From NCBI RefSeq assembly GCF_009734345.1, contig NZ_CP032551.1:810001-842000 (forward strand): 32,000 nucleotides of DNA. Reading direction: 5' to 3'. Shown here in pieces: positions 19,179-27,930 of the stretch. The number at the start of each line of letters is the position of its first letter. Within the stretch, counting starts at the first letter, position 1. The DNA is from Pseudidiomarina andamanensis (GTDB lineage: Bacteria; Pseudomonadota; Gammaproteobacteria; Enterobacterales; Alteromonadaceae). The notes under the pieces are model-generated. The model was given only the letters and a program-made list of their open reading frames with translations, made no database searches and was not told where the DNA came from. The position numbers and the translations under genes are program-made.

Positions 19179-20254
19179 GATTGACTCCAGCGATAAACCG
19201 GCATTTCAAATTCCGAGCGACGTTCCGGGTTAACCGGGGTAAATGGCTTGCTTAAATCAATCGCCTGCATAATCTGCGCAGCATCGGTTTGAATAAATAA
19301 TTCAAACTCCGCTTCGTGCTCGCCATATTGAATGAGTTGGACGCGGCTCACTGAAGGTAATTCAAGCAACAGCTTCTCTGCGTAAAGAACGTCCATAAAC
19401 TCCGTTAGCTCGCGTACCTTAATGCGCCAAGTGCCAGCCATTGCAGCATTACTGCCAATTCGGAAACGCTGTGATAATTGCTGAGTGACGTCAGCCACCA
19501 ACATGTTACCGAGTTGCTCGGGTTGCATCGCTGTCACTTCACCTCGCCAGCGCATACCGCCAAGTTGCATCGTCCAGTCAAGCATCCAATCGTCATCACT
19601 GATAGCACTGTCAGCCTGATATAGGCGAGCAACGACAACACCGTCGGCGTCATATCGACTGCTGGCAAACGTGATTCTATCTTCAAATCGAGCCCAGAGA
19701 TCAACAACTGAAAGGCTCATCGAATCATTCAGATCTAACAATGGTAGCTTCACGGGCAGACCTCGAGTTTCTGCCGCTGAAATTAATTCTTTTATAACCG
19801 GCCAATCGTCACCGCTACCAAGAATTCGTCGCTCTAAATTTTCATCCTCAGCAACAATCCAAAATAATAGCTCAGGGCGGCGACTGCTCCAGACACCGGA
19901 GTTTGCTTGTTGAATAACACGATCGATTTGTGGTTGATCGAACTGCACCCACAATAACAGCTGTTCGCCGTCTTGTTGATACCCATACTGAACCACAAAA
20001 TTACGCACATTTTGCAATGCTAATTGCACAGATTCATGCCTAAGAACGGCATCATCGCCCGAAACTTTCAACAAGGTATTCGTAAACGCTGTTTTTAATG
20101 CGTCATTACGCTCGTTCGCAGTTTGGTTCTCTACCGACACACGCGCTTGATAAAGTTCTTGCACTTCCACCGCTGCATGCCCTATCTGTATAGGCATCAG
20201 CATGTTCAAAGTAATCAAAAAGAATCCAATTAAAGCGATTTTTAGGGTTCGCAT
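19175..20254 (-). CDS. DUF2066-like secreted/periplasmic protein
   Basis: Signal peptide MRTLKIALIGFFLITLNMLMPIQIGHA. GAGG 5 nt upstream of ATG 20254. Sits directly upstream of hda, as in many gammaproteobacteria from memory. Confidence 0.65.
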   Translation of the reverse strand: MRTLKIALIGFFLITLNMLMPIQIGHAAVEVQELYQARVSVENQTANERNDALKTAFTNTLLKVSGDDAVLRHESVQLALQNVRNFVVQYGYQQDGEQLLLWVQFDQPQIDRVIQQANSGVWSSRRPELLFWIVAEDENLERRILGSGDDWPVIKELISAAETRGLPVKLPLLDLNDSMSLSVVDLWARFEDRITFASSRYDADGVVVARLYQADSAISDDDWMLDWTMQLGGMRWRGEVTAMQPEQLGNMLVADVTQQLSQRFRIGSNAAMAGTWRIKVRELTEFMDVLYAEKLLLELPSVSRVQLIQYGEHEAEFELFIQTDAAQIMQAIDLSKPFTPVNPERRSEFEMPVYRWSQS

Positions 20255-20282
20255 AGCTACCTCATCACAACATCTTGTGCTC

Positions 20283-20311
20283 ATCATAAACAGCCCCATG
20301 CCACCTCGCAA
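20283..20311 (-). promoter_or_regulatory. Candidate sigma70 promoter of the DUF2066-hda operon (TTGCGA-17-TATGAT)
   Basis: On the minus strand, -35 is at 20306-20311 and -10 at 20283-20288. The leader to ATG 20254 is about 25 nt. Pattern match only. Confidence 0.35.
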
Positions 20312-20320
20312 GTAACAAGC

Positions 20321-20329
20321 TGTGGATAA
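20321..20329 (-). promoter_or_regulatory. Exact consensus DnaA box (TTATCCACA on the minus strand)
   Basis: The plus strand reads TGTGGATAA at 20321-20329, 9 nt upstream of the candidate -35. The sequence match is exact; function is inferred. Confidence 0.4.
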
Positions 20330-20408
20330 CCTCTTGACGTTTCCGAAAATTTACCAACGTGATAAACTTGCGCGATAAAGTCATCGCCAAAAACTCAAGG
20401 ACTGCCAC

Positions 20409-21725
20409 ATGCTTAAGCAACAATTGCGCGCGATAAGCTCACTACTAACCAGTATCACGCTTATTGGTATTTGCACCGGCATGACGAGTACCCTTCTGAG
20501 TTTACGTGCCACAATAGAGAACTTCGGTACCCTTACCACCGGTATCATCATGTCTGCCTACTTTATTGGCTTTCTCTTTGGCACGACACGAGCCCCGAAG
20601 GATATTCGGCGTGTGGGCTACATTCGTGCCTTTGGCGGATTAGCCGCGTTAGCCGCGGCATCTATCCTGATTCAAGCTATTTGGGTAGATCCGGTGGTGT
20701 GGTTTGTGATGCGCTTTTTAACCGGTTTCGCTATTTCAGCAATTTTTGTGATCGTTGAAAGTTGGTTAAATACCATGGCCGATAACAAAAACCGCGGCAC
20801 CCTGCTCTCAGTCTATCTCGTACTTATTTATGGTGGTTTAGTTGCTGGCCAGCTTATTCTTGGTATCACAGACCCCGCTAGCTTTGTCGCGTTTGCTCTC
20901 GTTGCATTACTCATCAACTTATCGTTGATTCCAATTTTAATAAGCGTAACCGTAGAGCCAACCACTCATGAGCCGCGCAAAGTAGCTATTCGTAGCCTTC
21001 TCAAAGTGGTTCCTTTAGGGATGGTCAACGCGTTCATCATGCAAGCGTGTTACGCCATGTTTTATGGTATTGGCCCTATGTACGCCACCTATATCGGGCT
21101 TTCTGTTGCTCAAGTATCATTATTTATGGCGGCATTTATACTCGGCGGTATGCTGGCTCAAGCACCTATCGGATTACTATCTGATCGAATTGACCGCCGC
21201 ATTGTGATGGCATTTTGCGCTGGTACGGCGGCAATTATGGCGTTCGTATTATCGCAATTAAACGCCGATGTAGCTTGGTTGATTTACTTGTGTGTTGGCC
21301 TATTCGGCGCCTGCTCTCTGCCGCTCTATTCATTAGGTATGGCACACACCAATGACTTTCTTGAGAAAGATCAAATGGTTGGAGCAACTGGTGCTATCAT
21401 CAAAGTGGGTGGTATAGGATCGATTATTGGTGCGCCATCGGTAGCCGCTCTCATGCAGTTCGGTGCGGTGAATTACTTTTTCCTACTCATTACAGTGTTA
21501 ACGAGTATTGTCTGCGGTTACTCATTATATCGCGTGACCAAACGTGCCAAAGCCGATGATCAATCGCACAGTGCATATGCCATGTTGGCGCCAACGCAAA
21601 CGTCTGACGAGTTATTAACTACTTTAGCTAGTGAACAAGAAATGCTGGATGAGGAATATCAAGAAGCGCAGTTAGACGCTGAATCGAATGATGATCAGCG
21701 TCCAACTGGTGGTGCAAGCAATTAA
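20409..21725 (+). CDS. MFS transporter (YcaD-like), with an acidic roughly 55-aa C-terminal tail
   Basis: 12-TM-type profile. The N-terminal half resembles E. coli YcaD (ESWLN....NRG.LL..Y). AGGA 8 nt upstream of the ATG. Confidence 0.8.
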   Translation: MLKQQLRAISSLLTSITLIGICTGMTSTLLSLRATIENFGTLTTGIIMSAYFIGFLFGTTRAPKDIRRVGYIRAFGGLAALAAASILIQAIWVDPVVWFVMRFLTGFAISAIFVIVESWLNTMADNKNRGTLLSVYLVLIYGGLVAGQLILGITDPASFVAFALVALLINLSLIPILISVTVEPTTHEPRKVAIRSLLKVVPLGMVNAFIMQACYAMFYGIGPMYATYIGLSVAQVSLFMAAFILGGMLAQAPIGLLSDRIDRRIVMAFCAGTAAIMAFVLSQLNADVAWLIYLCVGLFGACSLPLYSLGMAHTNDFLEKDQMVGATGAIIKVGGIGSIIGAPSVAALMQFGAVNYFFLLITVLTSIVCGYSLYRVTKRAKADDQSHSAYAMLAPTQTSDELLTTLASEQEMLDEEYQEAQLDAESNDDQRPTGGASN

Positions 21726-21734
21726 GCTTGCACC
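21711..21734. other. 9-bp perfect stem-loop centred on the overlapping stop codons of the MFS gene and pgm
   Basis: GGTGCAAGC (21711-21719) pairs with GCTTGCACC (21726-21734). The loop AATTAA contains TAA (plus strand) and TTA (minus strand). No U-tract on either side. Confidence 0.6.
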
Positions 21735-23362
21735 CAACTGGTGACTAATTGCTGAGCTTGTTCAGCTAACTCATCTAAGTGTTCAGCGCTGACAAAACTC
21801 TCACAATAAATTTTATAAACGGGCTCGGTACCCGATGGGCGCGCGGCAAACCAGCCGTTCGCTGTAGTTACCTTAACACCGCCAATTAACGCATCATTTG
21901 CTGGTGCTTTGGTAGTGATCGCCGTTACTTCATCACCGGCTAATTCAGCAACTTTGAGTTTATAGGCACGAATACTGCCAAAGCCTGCGTTCATTTCTGC
22001 AGACGATGCCACGTCAATACGTTTGTAATACGAAGTGCCATGTTCAGCACAGAGTTCATCATAGTATTGGCTTGGGTTCTTACCGGTTTTCGCGCAAATT
22101 TCTGCCGCTAATAAAGCAAGAATAATACCGTCTTTATCGGTCGACCAAGCTTGTCCGTCACGGTCAAGGAAACTTGCACCAGCACTTTCTTCACCGCCAA
22201 AGGCTGTGGTTCCGGCAAACAACTCCTGCGCAAACCATTTAAAGCCTACCGGCATTTCACGCAGCTGACGATTATGTTTCGCGACAACGCGATCAATCAT
22301 GGCGCTTGAAACCAGCGTTTTACCAATCGCGAGCTCTGGCTTCCAAGTTCGGTTTTGACACAAATAATCTATGGCAACTGCAAGATAGTGATTTGGGTTC
22401 ATCAAGCCATGTGTTGGCGTCACAATACCATGACGGTCGTAGTCAGGGTCGTTACCCACAGCAATGTCGTACTGATTTTTGAGTTTAAGTAAGCTCGCCA
22501 TGGCATAAGGGGACGAACAATCCATACGAATTTTGCCGTCTTTATCCAAACTCATGAAACGGAAACTTGCGTCCACATCGGCGTGATGCACTTCAATATT
22601 TAAACCATAATGTTCGGCAATCAATGCCCAATAACCGGCACCAGCGCCGCCCATCGCATCAACGCCAATTCGTAATTTCGCGTCGGCGATGGCTTGCATA
22701 TCAATCACTTCATGCAAGCTCTCAATGTAGTCTTTACGCCAGTCAACTTGCTTGAGCTTTTTACTCGCACGCGCTTCCGCGTAAGAAACCGCATTCACGC
22801 CCATGAGCTCGGACGACAACAAGGCATTGGCATATTTTTCAATGGTTTTGGTTGCATCGGTATCGGCCGGACCACCATGCGGCGGGTTGTATTTAAAGCC
22901 GCCATCTGTTGGCGGATTATGCGATGGCGTAATCACGACACCATCACACAAATCGTTCGTACGACCACGGTTATAGCGCAAAATCGCATGACTAATCACA
23001 GGAGTCGGTGTATAGCCATCATCGGTTTGAATGTGCACTTCGATACCATTACCAATGAATACCTCAAGTGCCGTCATATAAGCGGCTTCTGACAATGCAT
23101 GGGTATCGCGCCCCAACAACAATGGGCCGGTAATCCCCTGCTCGTCACGATAAGCCACCAACGCTTGGCTGATAGCGAGAATATGGGCTTCGTTAAATGA
23201 GCTGTTAAGGGCACAGCCGCGGTGACCAGATGTACCAAACTTCACTTGCTGTTGGGGATTTCTCGGGTCAACTTCGTTGACAAAATAGGCACTCACTAAT
23301 TGTGCAATGTTGGTCAAATCTTCAGCTGCTGCCGGTTGGCCGGCGCGAGGATGCAAAGGCAT
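21722..23362 (-). CDS. pgm: Phosphoglucomutase (alpha-D-glucose-1,6-bisphosphate dependent)
   Basis: HPRAGQPA...KFGTSGHRG and TPSHNP match E. coli Pgm. Lies downstream of seqA as in E. coli, with a 1-nt TAATG overlap. Confidence 0.95.
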   Translation of the reverse strand: MPLHPRAGQPAAAEDLTNIAQLVSAYFVNEVDPRNPQQQVKFGTSGHRGCALNSSFNEAHILAISQALVAYRDEQGITGPLLLGRDTHALSEAAYMTALEVFIGNGIEVHIQTDDGYTPTPVISHAILRYNRGRTNDLCDGVVITPSHNPPTDGGFKYNPPHGGPADTDATKTIEKYANALLSSELMGVNAVSYAEARASKKLKQVDWRKDYIESLHEVIDMQAIADAKLRIGVDAMGGAGAGYWALIAEHYGLNIEVHHADVDASFRFMSLDKDGKIRMDCSSPYAMASLLKLKNQYDIAVGNDPDYDRHGIVTPTHGLMNPNHYLAVAIDYLCQNRTWKPELAIGKTLVSSAMIDRVVAKHNRQLREMPVGFKWFAQELFAGTTAFGGEESAGASFLDRDGQAWSTDKDGIILALLAAEICAKTGKNPSQYYDELCAEHGTSYYKRIDVASSAEMNAGFGSIRAYKLKVAELAGDEVTAITTKAPANDALIGGVKVTTANGWFAARPSGTEPVYKIYCESFVSAEHLDELAEQAQQLVTSWVQA

Positions 23363-23898
23363 TATAAAAAGTCCCTAATTTTTTCTGCATGTTCCTGTGA
23401 ATAACCCAATTCAATTGCAACCTGGGTTAGCATTGATTTTTTGCGCGTGGTGTTATTGTTAGTCACCACAAAATACGGCGCATCCGGTATTTGCTTCGGA
23501 TTCGTGCTAGTACCTGAGGCTTCAAGTTCAGCCTCGGTTTTTGCGAAATACTGGCGATCGCGTCCACTAATTTGCAATACCGCATCAAATTTTTTGTTGT
23601 GGCATTTGTACAACATACTCAGTATGTACAAAAACCGTGCGACAATGCTGCGTTGACCGGCAAGGTCGGCGCGGGTCATCACATCAAAAATAGTCCGACG
23701 CCCAAGCCCTTCAGTACTGGCACTCGTTGCTGCATCAGTCGTTTCTGGCATCGCTATCACCGGTTGGCCGGTCGCTTGCTCAGCCACCCCTAAGCCAAGT
23801 AAACGGCGCAATATTGCCGATGCACTCTCGCCAATATGTTGGGTATGGCTGGCAATATAGCGGTATAATTCGTCATCAATTTCAATGCGTTTGGTCAT
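23362..23898 (-). CDS. seqA: Replication initiation negative regulator SeqA
   Basis: MTKRIEIDDELYRYIASHTQHIGESASAILRRLL is the typical SeqA N-terminus. The seqA-pgm pairing is conserved. Confidence 0.9.
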   Translation of the reverse strand: MTKRIEIDDELYRYIASHTQHIGESASAILRRLLGLGVAEQATGQPVIAMPETTDAATSASTEGLGRRTIFDVMTRADLAGQRSIVARFLYILSMLYKCHNKKFDAVLQISGRDRQYFAKTEAELEASGTSTNPKQIPDAPYFVVTNNNTTRKKSMLTQVAIELGYSQEHAEKIRDFL

Positions 23899-23965
23899 TA
23901 CCCGATCGCTTCTCGTTAGCTATATTAAATATGGATGGTGCTTTAAGGCACGTCTTCTGCACGCT

Positions 23966-23971
23966 ATTATA
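23966..23971 (-). promoter_or_regulatory. Perfect TATAAT on the minus strand, a candidate seqA -10
   Basis: The plus strand reads ATTATA at 23966-23971, about 68 nt upstream of the seqA ATG. It shares the same AT block with a plus-strand TATTAT (23965-23970) that could serve ybfF. The -35 regions are weak. Confidence 0.3.
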
Positions 23972-24003
23972 CCCAAGCATCGGCTAGGGTACAGGAAATC
24001 AAC

Positions 24004-24786
24004 ATGAGCACAGCACAGATTCTTAATTATGAAGTGATAGGTAGCGGCGAGCCCGTGGTTTTACTGCATGGTTTATTCGGCGACCTGGATAACCTGAAAG
24101 GTCTCGGGCGTGATTTAAGCGAGGACTATCAGGTGATTCTGGTTGACGCTCGAAACCACGGCGATTCATTCCATAGTGATCATATGAACTATGCCGATAT
24201 GGCAAACGACCTTGCCGCAACACTTGATGAGCTCGATATTGATTCGGCGCATATTATCGGTCACTCCATGGGGGGTAAAATTGCCATGGAATTCGCGTTG
24301 GCTTACCCAGACCGCGCGCGAAGTGTCATTGCAGCCGATATTTCGCCAGTTGCGTATGACCCGAAACATCGCCACATACTCGAAGCCTTGAAAGCGCTTG
24401 ATCTGAGCCAAGTAAATAGCCGTACTGATGCCGACAAGCAACTTGCGCAGCATATTGATACCAAAGGTGTGCGCCAGTTCTTATTAAAGAATTTGCGTCG
24501 GGATGACAATGGGTACCACTGGCGTATTAATCTTGAGACGCTAGATAGTTGCTATGAGGAAATTTCAGGTGCAGTGCGAGGTGGTCGTTACGATGGTCCG
24601 ATTTTGTTTATCAAAGGCGGTGATTCAAATTATTTAATGAATGACCATGCCGACGAAATTAAGGCTCGGTTTAGTCAGGTTGAGGTGAAAATAATTGAAG
24701 GTACTGGGCACTGGTTGCATGCCGAAAAACCACGCATTTTCAATCGACTGGCAAGGGCGTTTATTGAGAATCATTCTCGCACCTAA
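24004..24786 (+). CDS. ybfF: Alpha/beta-hydrolase esterase YbfF
   Basis: LLHGLFG..DNL, GHSMGG nucleophile elbow and GHWLHAEKP match E. coli YbfF. Divergent from seqA as in E. coli. Confidence 0.85.
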   Translation: MSTAQILNYEVIGSGEPVVLLHGLFGDLDNLKGLGRDLSEDYQVILVDARNHGDSFHSDHMNYADMANDLAATLDELDIDSAHIIGHSMGGKIAMEFALAYPDRARSVIAADISPVAYDPKHRHILEALKALDLSQVNSRTDADKQLAQHIDTKGVRQFLLKNLRRDDNGYHWRINLETLDSCYEEISGAVRGGRYDGPILFIKGGDSNYLMNDHADEIKARFSQVEVKIIEGTGHWLHAEKPRIFNRLARAFIENHSRT

Positions 24787-24796
24787 GCGGCCTTCA

Positions 24797-24805
24797 TGCT
24801 ATACT
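24797..24805 (+). promoter_or_regulatory. Candidate extended -10 promoter element (TGcTATACT) for the DUF2788-fldA(-fur) genes
   Basis: TGCTATACT at 24797-24805, 52 nt upstream of ATG 24858. Pattern match only. Confidence 0.3.
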
Positions 24806-24857
24806 CTGCGTTCTTTTTTGAAATGATTCATACAACCAAACATCAGGTGTTGCTGTT

Positions 24858-25073
24858 ATGCTGTCAGAACATTATGAATTGATTGAAACCTTGGGTACAA
24901 ACTTTGCTATTGCGTTTTTGTTCGTACTGATTGGGTTAGCTATTCAAGACGTTCTGAAGAAAGGTGATGTACCAAAATTTGGTCGTTGGTTTGTTTGGTT
25001 GGTATTATTTTTAGGATGCGCCGGCTTTATTGCGAAAGGCATTATTCAAGCATTCTGGGAAGCAGGTCTTTAA
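24858..25073 (+). CDS. Small membrane protein (DUF2788-like)
   Basis: 71 aa with two clear hydrophobic helices. Conserved-looking position directly upstream of fldA. Confidence 0.6.
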   Translation: MLSEHYELIETLGTNFAIAFLFVLIGLAIQDVLKKGDVPKFGRWFVWLVLFLGCAGFIAKGIIQAFWEAGL

Positions 25074-25098
25074 TTTTTACAGCAGGTAGTAAGACTCT

Positions 25099-25623
25099 AT
25101 GGCAAGTGTAGGTATATTTTTCGGTAGCGACACTGGAAACACTGAAGCTGTTGCGCAAATGATCCAAAAAGAATTGGGTAAACATTTAATCGATGTTTTT
25201 GATATCGCAAAATCAAGCAAAGAAGACATCGCTTCATATGATTTGCTGATGTTTGGCATTCCAACTTGGTATTACGGTGAAGCCCAGTGTGATTGGGATG
25301 ATTTCTTCCCCGAGTTAGAAGAAATTGACTTCAATAACAAGCTGATTGCAATCTTTGGTTGTGGCGATCAAGAAGACTACGCTGAATACTTTTTAGATGC
25401 GATGGGCACAATTCGTGATATCGTGGAAGCACGTGGCGGAATTGTTATTGGTCACTGGTCAACAGATGGTTATGAATTTGAAGCGTCGCGCGCTTTAGTT
25501 GACGATAACCACTTTGTCGGTTTGGGCATTGACGAAGATCGTCAACCTGAGCTAACGAAAGAGCGTGTACAAAAATGGTGTGCACAAATTCGTGACGAAA
25601 TGGGCTTAGATCAATTAGGCTAA
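25099..25623 (+). CDS. fldA: Flavodoxin FldA (long-chain)
   Basis: GIFFGSDTGNTE, PTWYYGE and the overall match to E. coli FldA. The fldA-fur pairing is present. Confidence 0.95.
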   Translation: MASVGIFFGSDTGNTEAVAQMIQKELGKHLIDVFDIAKSSKEDIASYDLLMFGIPTWYYGEAQCDWDDFFPELEEIDFNNKLIAIFGCGDQEDYAEYFLDAMGTIRDIVEARGGIVIGHWSTDGYEFEASRALVDDNHFVGLGIDEDRQPELTKERVQKWCAQIRDEMGLDQLG

Positions 25624-25661
25624 GCAATACTAGCGAATCGAACTCGAGTAGCGAAGAAATC

Positions 25662-26111
25662 ATGAGCAACAAAGACGAATTACAACTAAAAAAAGCTGGC
25701 CTTAAGGTCACGTCTCCGCGAGTAAAAATCTTAGAGATCTTGAAAGATCCTGGCAATCAGCATATTAGTGCTGAAGATGTGTACAAGATTTTGCTCGAGA
25801 AAAACGAAGAAATTGGTTTAGCCACGGTTTACCGCGTGCTTAATCAATTTGACGATGCCGGCATTGTAAGTCGTCACCACTTTGAAGGTGGCCGTTCGGT
25901 GTTTGAGCTGAGTGCGAAAGACCATCACGATCACTTGGTTTGCTTAACCTGTGGGCACGTGTTTGAATTTGAGGACGATGTAATTGAACAACGTCAATTA
26001 CAAGTTGCCGAAGCGAACAATATTAAATTGACGAATCATAGTTTGTATCTTTATGGTGAATGCAAAACGCCAGATACGTGTGTGAATAACCAAAACACCG
26101 ATATGGACTAA
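25662..26111 (+). CDS. fur: Ferric uptake regulator
   Basis: LKKAGLKVTSPRVKILE..., ATVYRVLNQF, HHDHL.C..CG. Confidence 0.95.
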   Translation: MSNKDELQLKKAGLKVTSPRVKILEILKDPGNQHISAEDVYKILLEKNEEIGLATVYRVLNQFDDAGIVSRHHFEGGRSVFELSAKDHHDHLVCLTCGHVFEFEDDVIEQRQLQVAEANNIKLTNHSLYLYGECKTPDTCVNNQNTDMD

Positions 26112-26133
26112 ATCTTCAGCAAATTTTGGCATT

Positions 26134-26162
26134 AAAAAACGCGACTCATGGTCGCGTTTTTT
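26134..26162. terminator. Bidirectional rho-independent terminator (fur / glnS)
   Basis: A6 tract, 6-bp GC stem CGCGAC/GTCGCG with a 5-nt loop, then a T6 tract. It sits between the convergent fur and glnS genes. Confidence 0.8.
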
Positions 26163-26183
26163 GTTTCTTGCTTACCAGCGTAA

Positions 26184-27857
26184 TTACTCGCTATCGTTCC
26201 AAGTATCACGCAAACCAACCGTTTGGTTGAACACGAGTTTACCTTCTTGGCTATCTTTGCTATCAGCACAAAAGTAACCAATACGCTCGAACTGATAAGC
26301 CATAGTTGACTCAGCCGTTGCTAAGCTCGGCTCAACATAGCCATGCTTCACGATCAACGATTCAGGATTCAATGTACTGAAAAAATCGTCTTCAGCACCT
26401 GGGTTTGGCACTTGGAACAAACGGTCGTATAAACGAAACTCACAAGGTAGCGCATGAGCGGCTGCAACCCAATGAATCACACCTTTCACTTTACGGCCAT
26501 CTGCTGGGTCTTGACCTAGGGTTTCTGGGTCGTAAGTACAGTAAATAGTAGTGATATTACCTTCTGCGTCCTTCTCAACGCGCTCAGCTTTAATCACATA
26601 AGCGTTACGTAGACGAACTTCTTTGCCCAGCACCAAACGCTTGTACTTCTTGTTCGCTTCTTCGCGGAAATCTTCACGCTCAATTAGAATTTCACGTGCG
26701 AATGGCACTTGGCGAGTACCCATGCTCTCATCGTTAGGATGATTCGGCGCATTGAGTTGCTCTTCATGAGTTTCTGGATAGTTTTCGATGACTAAGCGAA
26801 CCGGATCGATAACCGCCATCGCACGTGGTGCATGTTGGTTTAGTTCATCACGAATACAGGCTTCGAGCATACTCATCTCAACTTGGTTATCCATTTTGGT
26901 AACCCCGATGCGATGACAAAACTCGCGAATTGAACCTGGTGTATAGCCACGACGGCGCATACCCGCAATGGTTGGCATACGCGGATCATCCCAACCGCTT
27001 ACTTTGCCCTCTTCCACCAGCAAGTTCAGCTTACGCTTACTCATAACAGTGAACTGAAGATTTAAGCGCGAGAACTCAATCTGCTGTGGATGACAATCAA
27101 TGCTAATGTTGTCCAAAACCCAGTCGTACAAGCGACGGTTGTCTTGAAATTCCAACGTACATAATGAATGCGTAATGCCCTCAATAGCATCCGAAATACA
27201 GTGGGTGAAATCGTACATTGGATACACACACCACTTATCACCGGTTTGATGATGATGAGCAAAGCGTACACGATAAATCACTGGATCGCGCATACACATA
27301 AATGGCGAGCTCATATCAATTTTAGCGCGCAAGCAAACTTCGCCTTCTTGATATTTACCGGCTGTCATGTCCGCAAAAATCTTCAAATTTTCTTCAACAG
27401 TTGTATCGCGGTACGGGCTGTTAGTACCTGGTTCTTTTAAGGTGCCGCGCATTTCACGCATTTGCTCTTGCGATGAAAAATCACAGTACGCTAAGCCTTT
27501 TTCAATAAGCTCCACCGCGTAGCCATGCAAACGCTCAAAATAATCGGAGGAATAACGTGGTTTGCCTTCCCAAGTATAACCAAGCCATTGCACGTCTTCT
27601 TGAATCGAGTTCACGTAATCCACTTTTTCCTTCAATGGATTCGTATCATCAAAGCGCAAATTACAGCTGCCTTTATAGTCTTCCGCAATGCCGAAGTTCA
27701 GCACAATCGACTTAGCGTGACCAATATGGAGAAAGCCATTGGGTTCAGGTGGAAAGCGCGTGTGAACGCTCTGGTGCTTTCCTGAAGCCAGATCTTGGTC
27801 GATAATTTGGCGGATAAAATTACTACGAGGCGCGTTTGCTGCCATATCTGCGGCCAT
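26184..27857 (-). CDS. glnS: Glutamine-tRNA ligase
   Basis: [34 protein letters not shown] (HIGH motif) and VMSKR (KMSKS motif). ATG 27857 has GGAG 11 nt upstream. ATG 27845 is an alternative start. Confidence 0.95.
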   Translation of the reverse strand: MAADMAANAPRSNFIRQIIDQDLASGKHQSVHTRFPPEPNGFLHIGHAKSIVLNFGIAEDYKGSCNLRFDDTNPLKEKVDYVNSIQEDVQWLGYTWEGKPRYSSDYFERLHGYAVELIEKGLAYCDFSSQEQMREMRGTLKEPGTNSPYRDTTVEENLKIFADMTAGKYQEGEVCLRAKIDMSSPFMCMRDPVIYRVRFAHHHQTGDKWCVYPMYDFTHCISDAIEGITHSLCTLEFQDNRRLYDWVLDNISIDCHPQQIEFSRLNLQFTVMSKRKLNLLVEEGKVSGWDDPRMPTIAGMRRRGYTPGSIREFCHRIGVTKMDNQVEMSMLEACIRDELNQHAPRAMAVIDPVRLVIENYPETHEEQLNAPNHPNDESMGTRQVPFAREILIEREDFREEANKKYKRLVLGKEVRLRNAYVIKAERVEKDAEGNITTIYCTYDPETLGQDPADGRKVKGVIHWVAAAHALPCEFRLYDRLFQVPNPGAEDDFFSTLNPESLIVKHGYVEPSLATAESTMAYQFERIGYFCADSKDSQEGKLVFNQTVGLRDTWNDSE

Positions 27858-27930
27858 GAATTACTCTACTCCGATGCTAATTCGAAAAAATGACCGTTAT
27901 GATCGCAGTTTATCGACACCTGCGCAAGAC

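Noticed and set aside
24819-24833. Fur-box-like TGAAATGATTCATAC downstream of the candidate promoter for the DUF2788-fldA genes.
   Set aside because: By my alignment it matches only roughly half of the 19-bp Fur consensus (GATAATGATAATCATTATC). It lacks the hexamer phasing and is too weak to call.
24853-24867. LexA-box-like CTG-N9-CAG overlapping the DUF2788 start (E. coli has a LexA-regulated ybfE at the analogous position).
   Set aside because: The spacing is 9, not the required 10 (CTGT-N8-ACAG), and the site spans the start codon. The gene is not homologous to ybfE.
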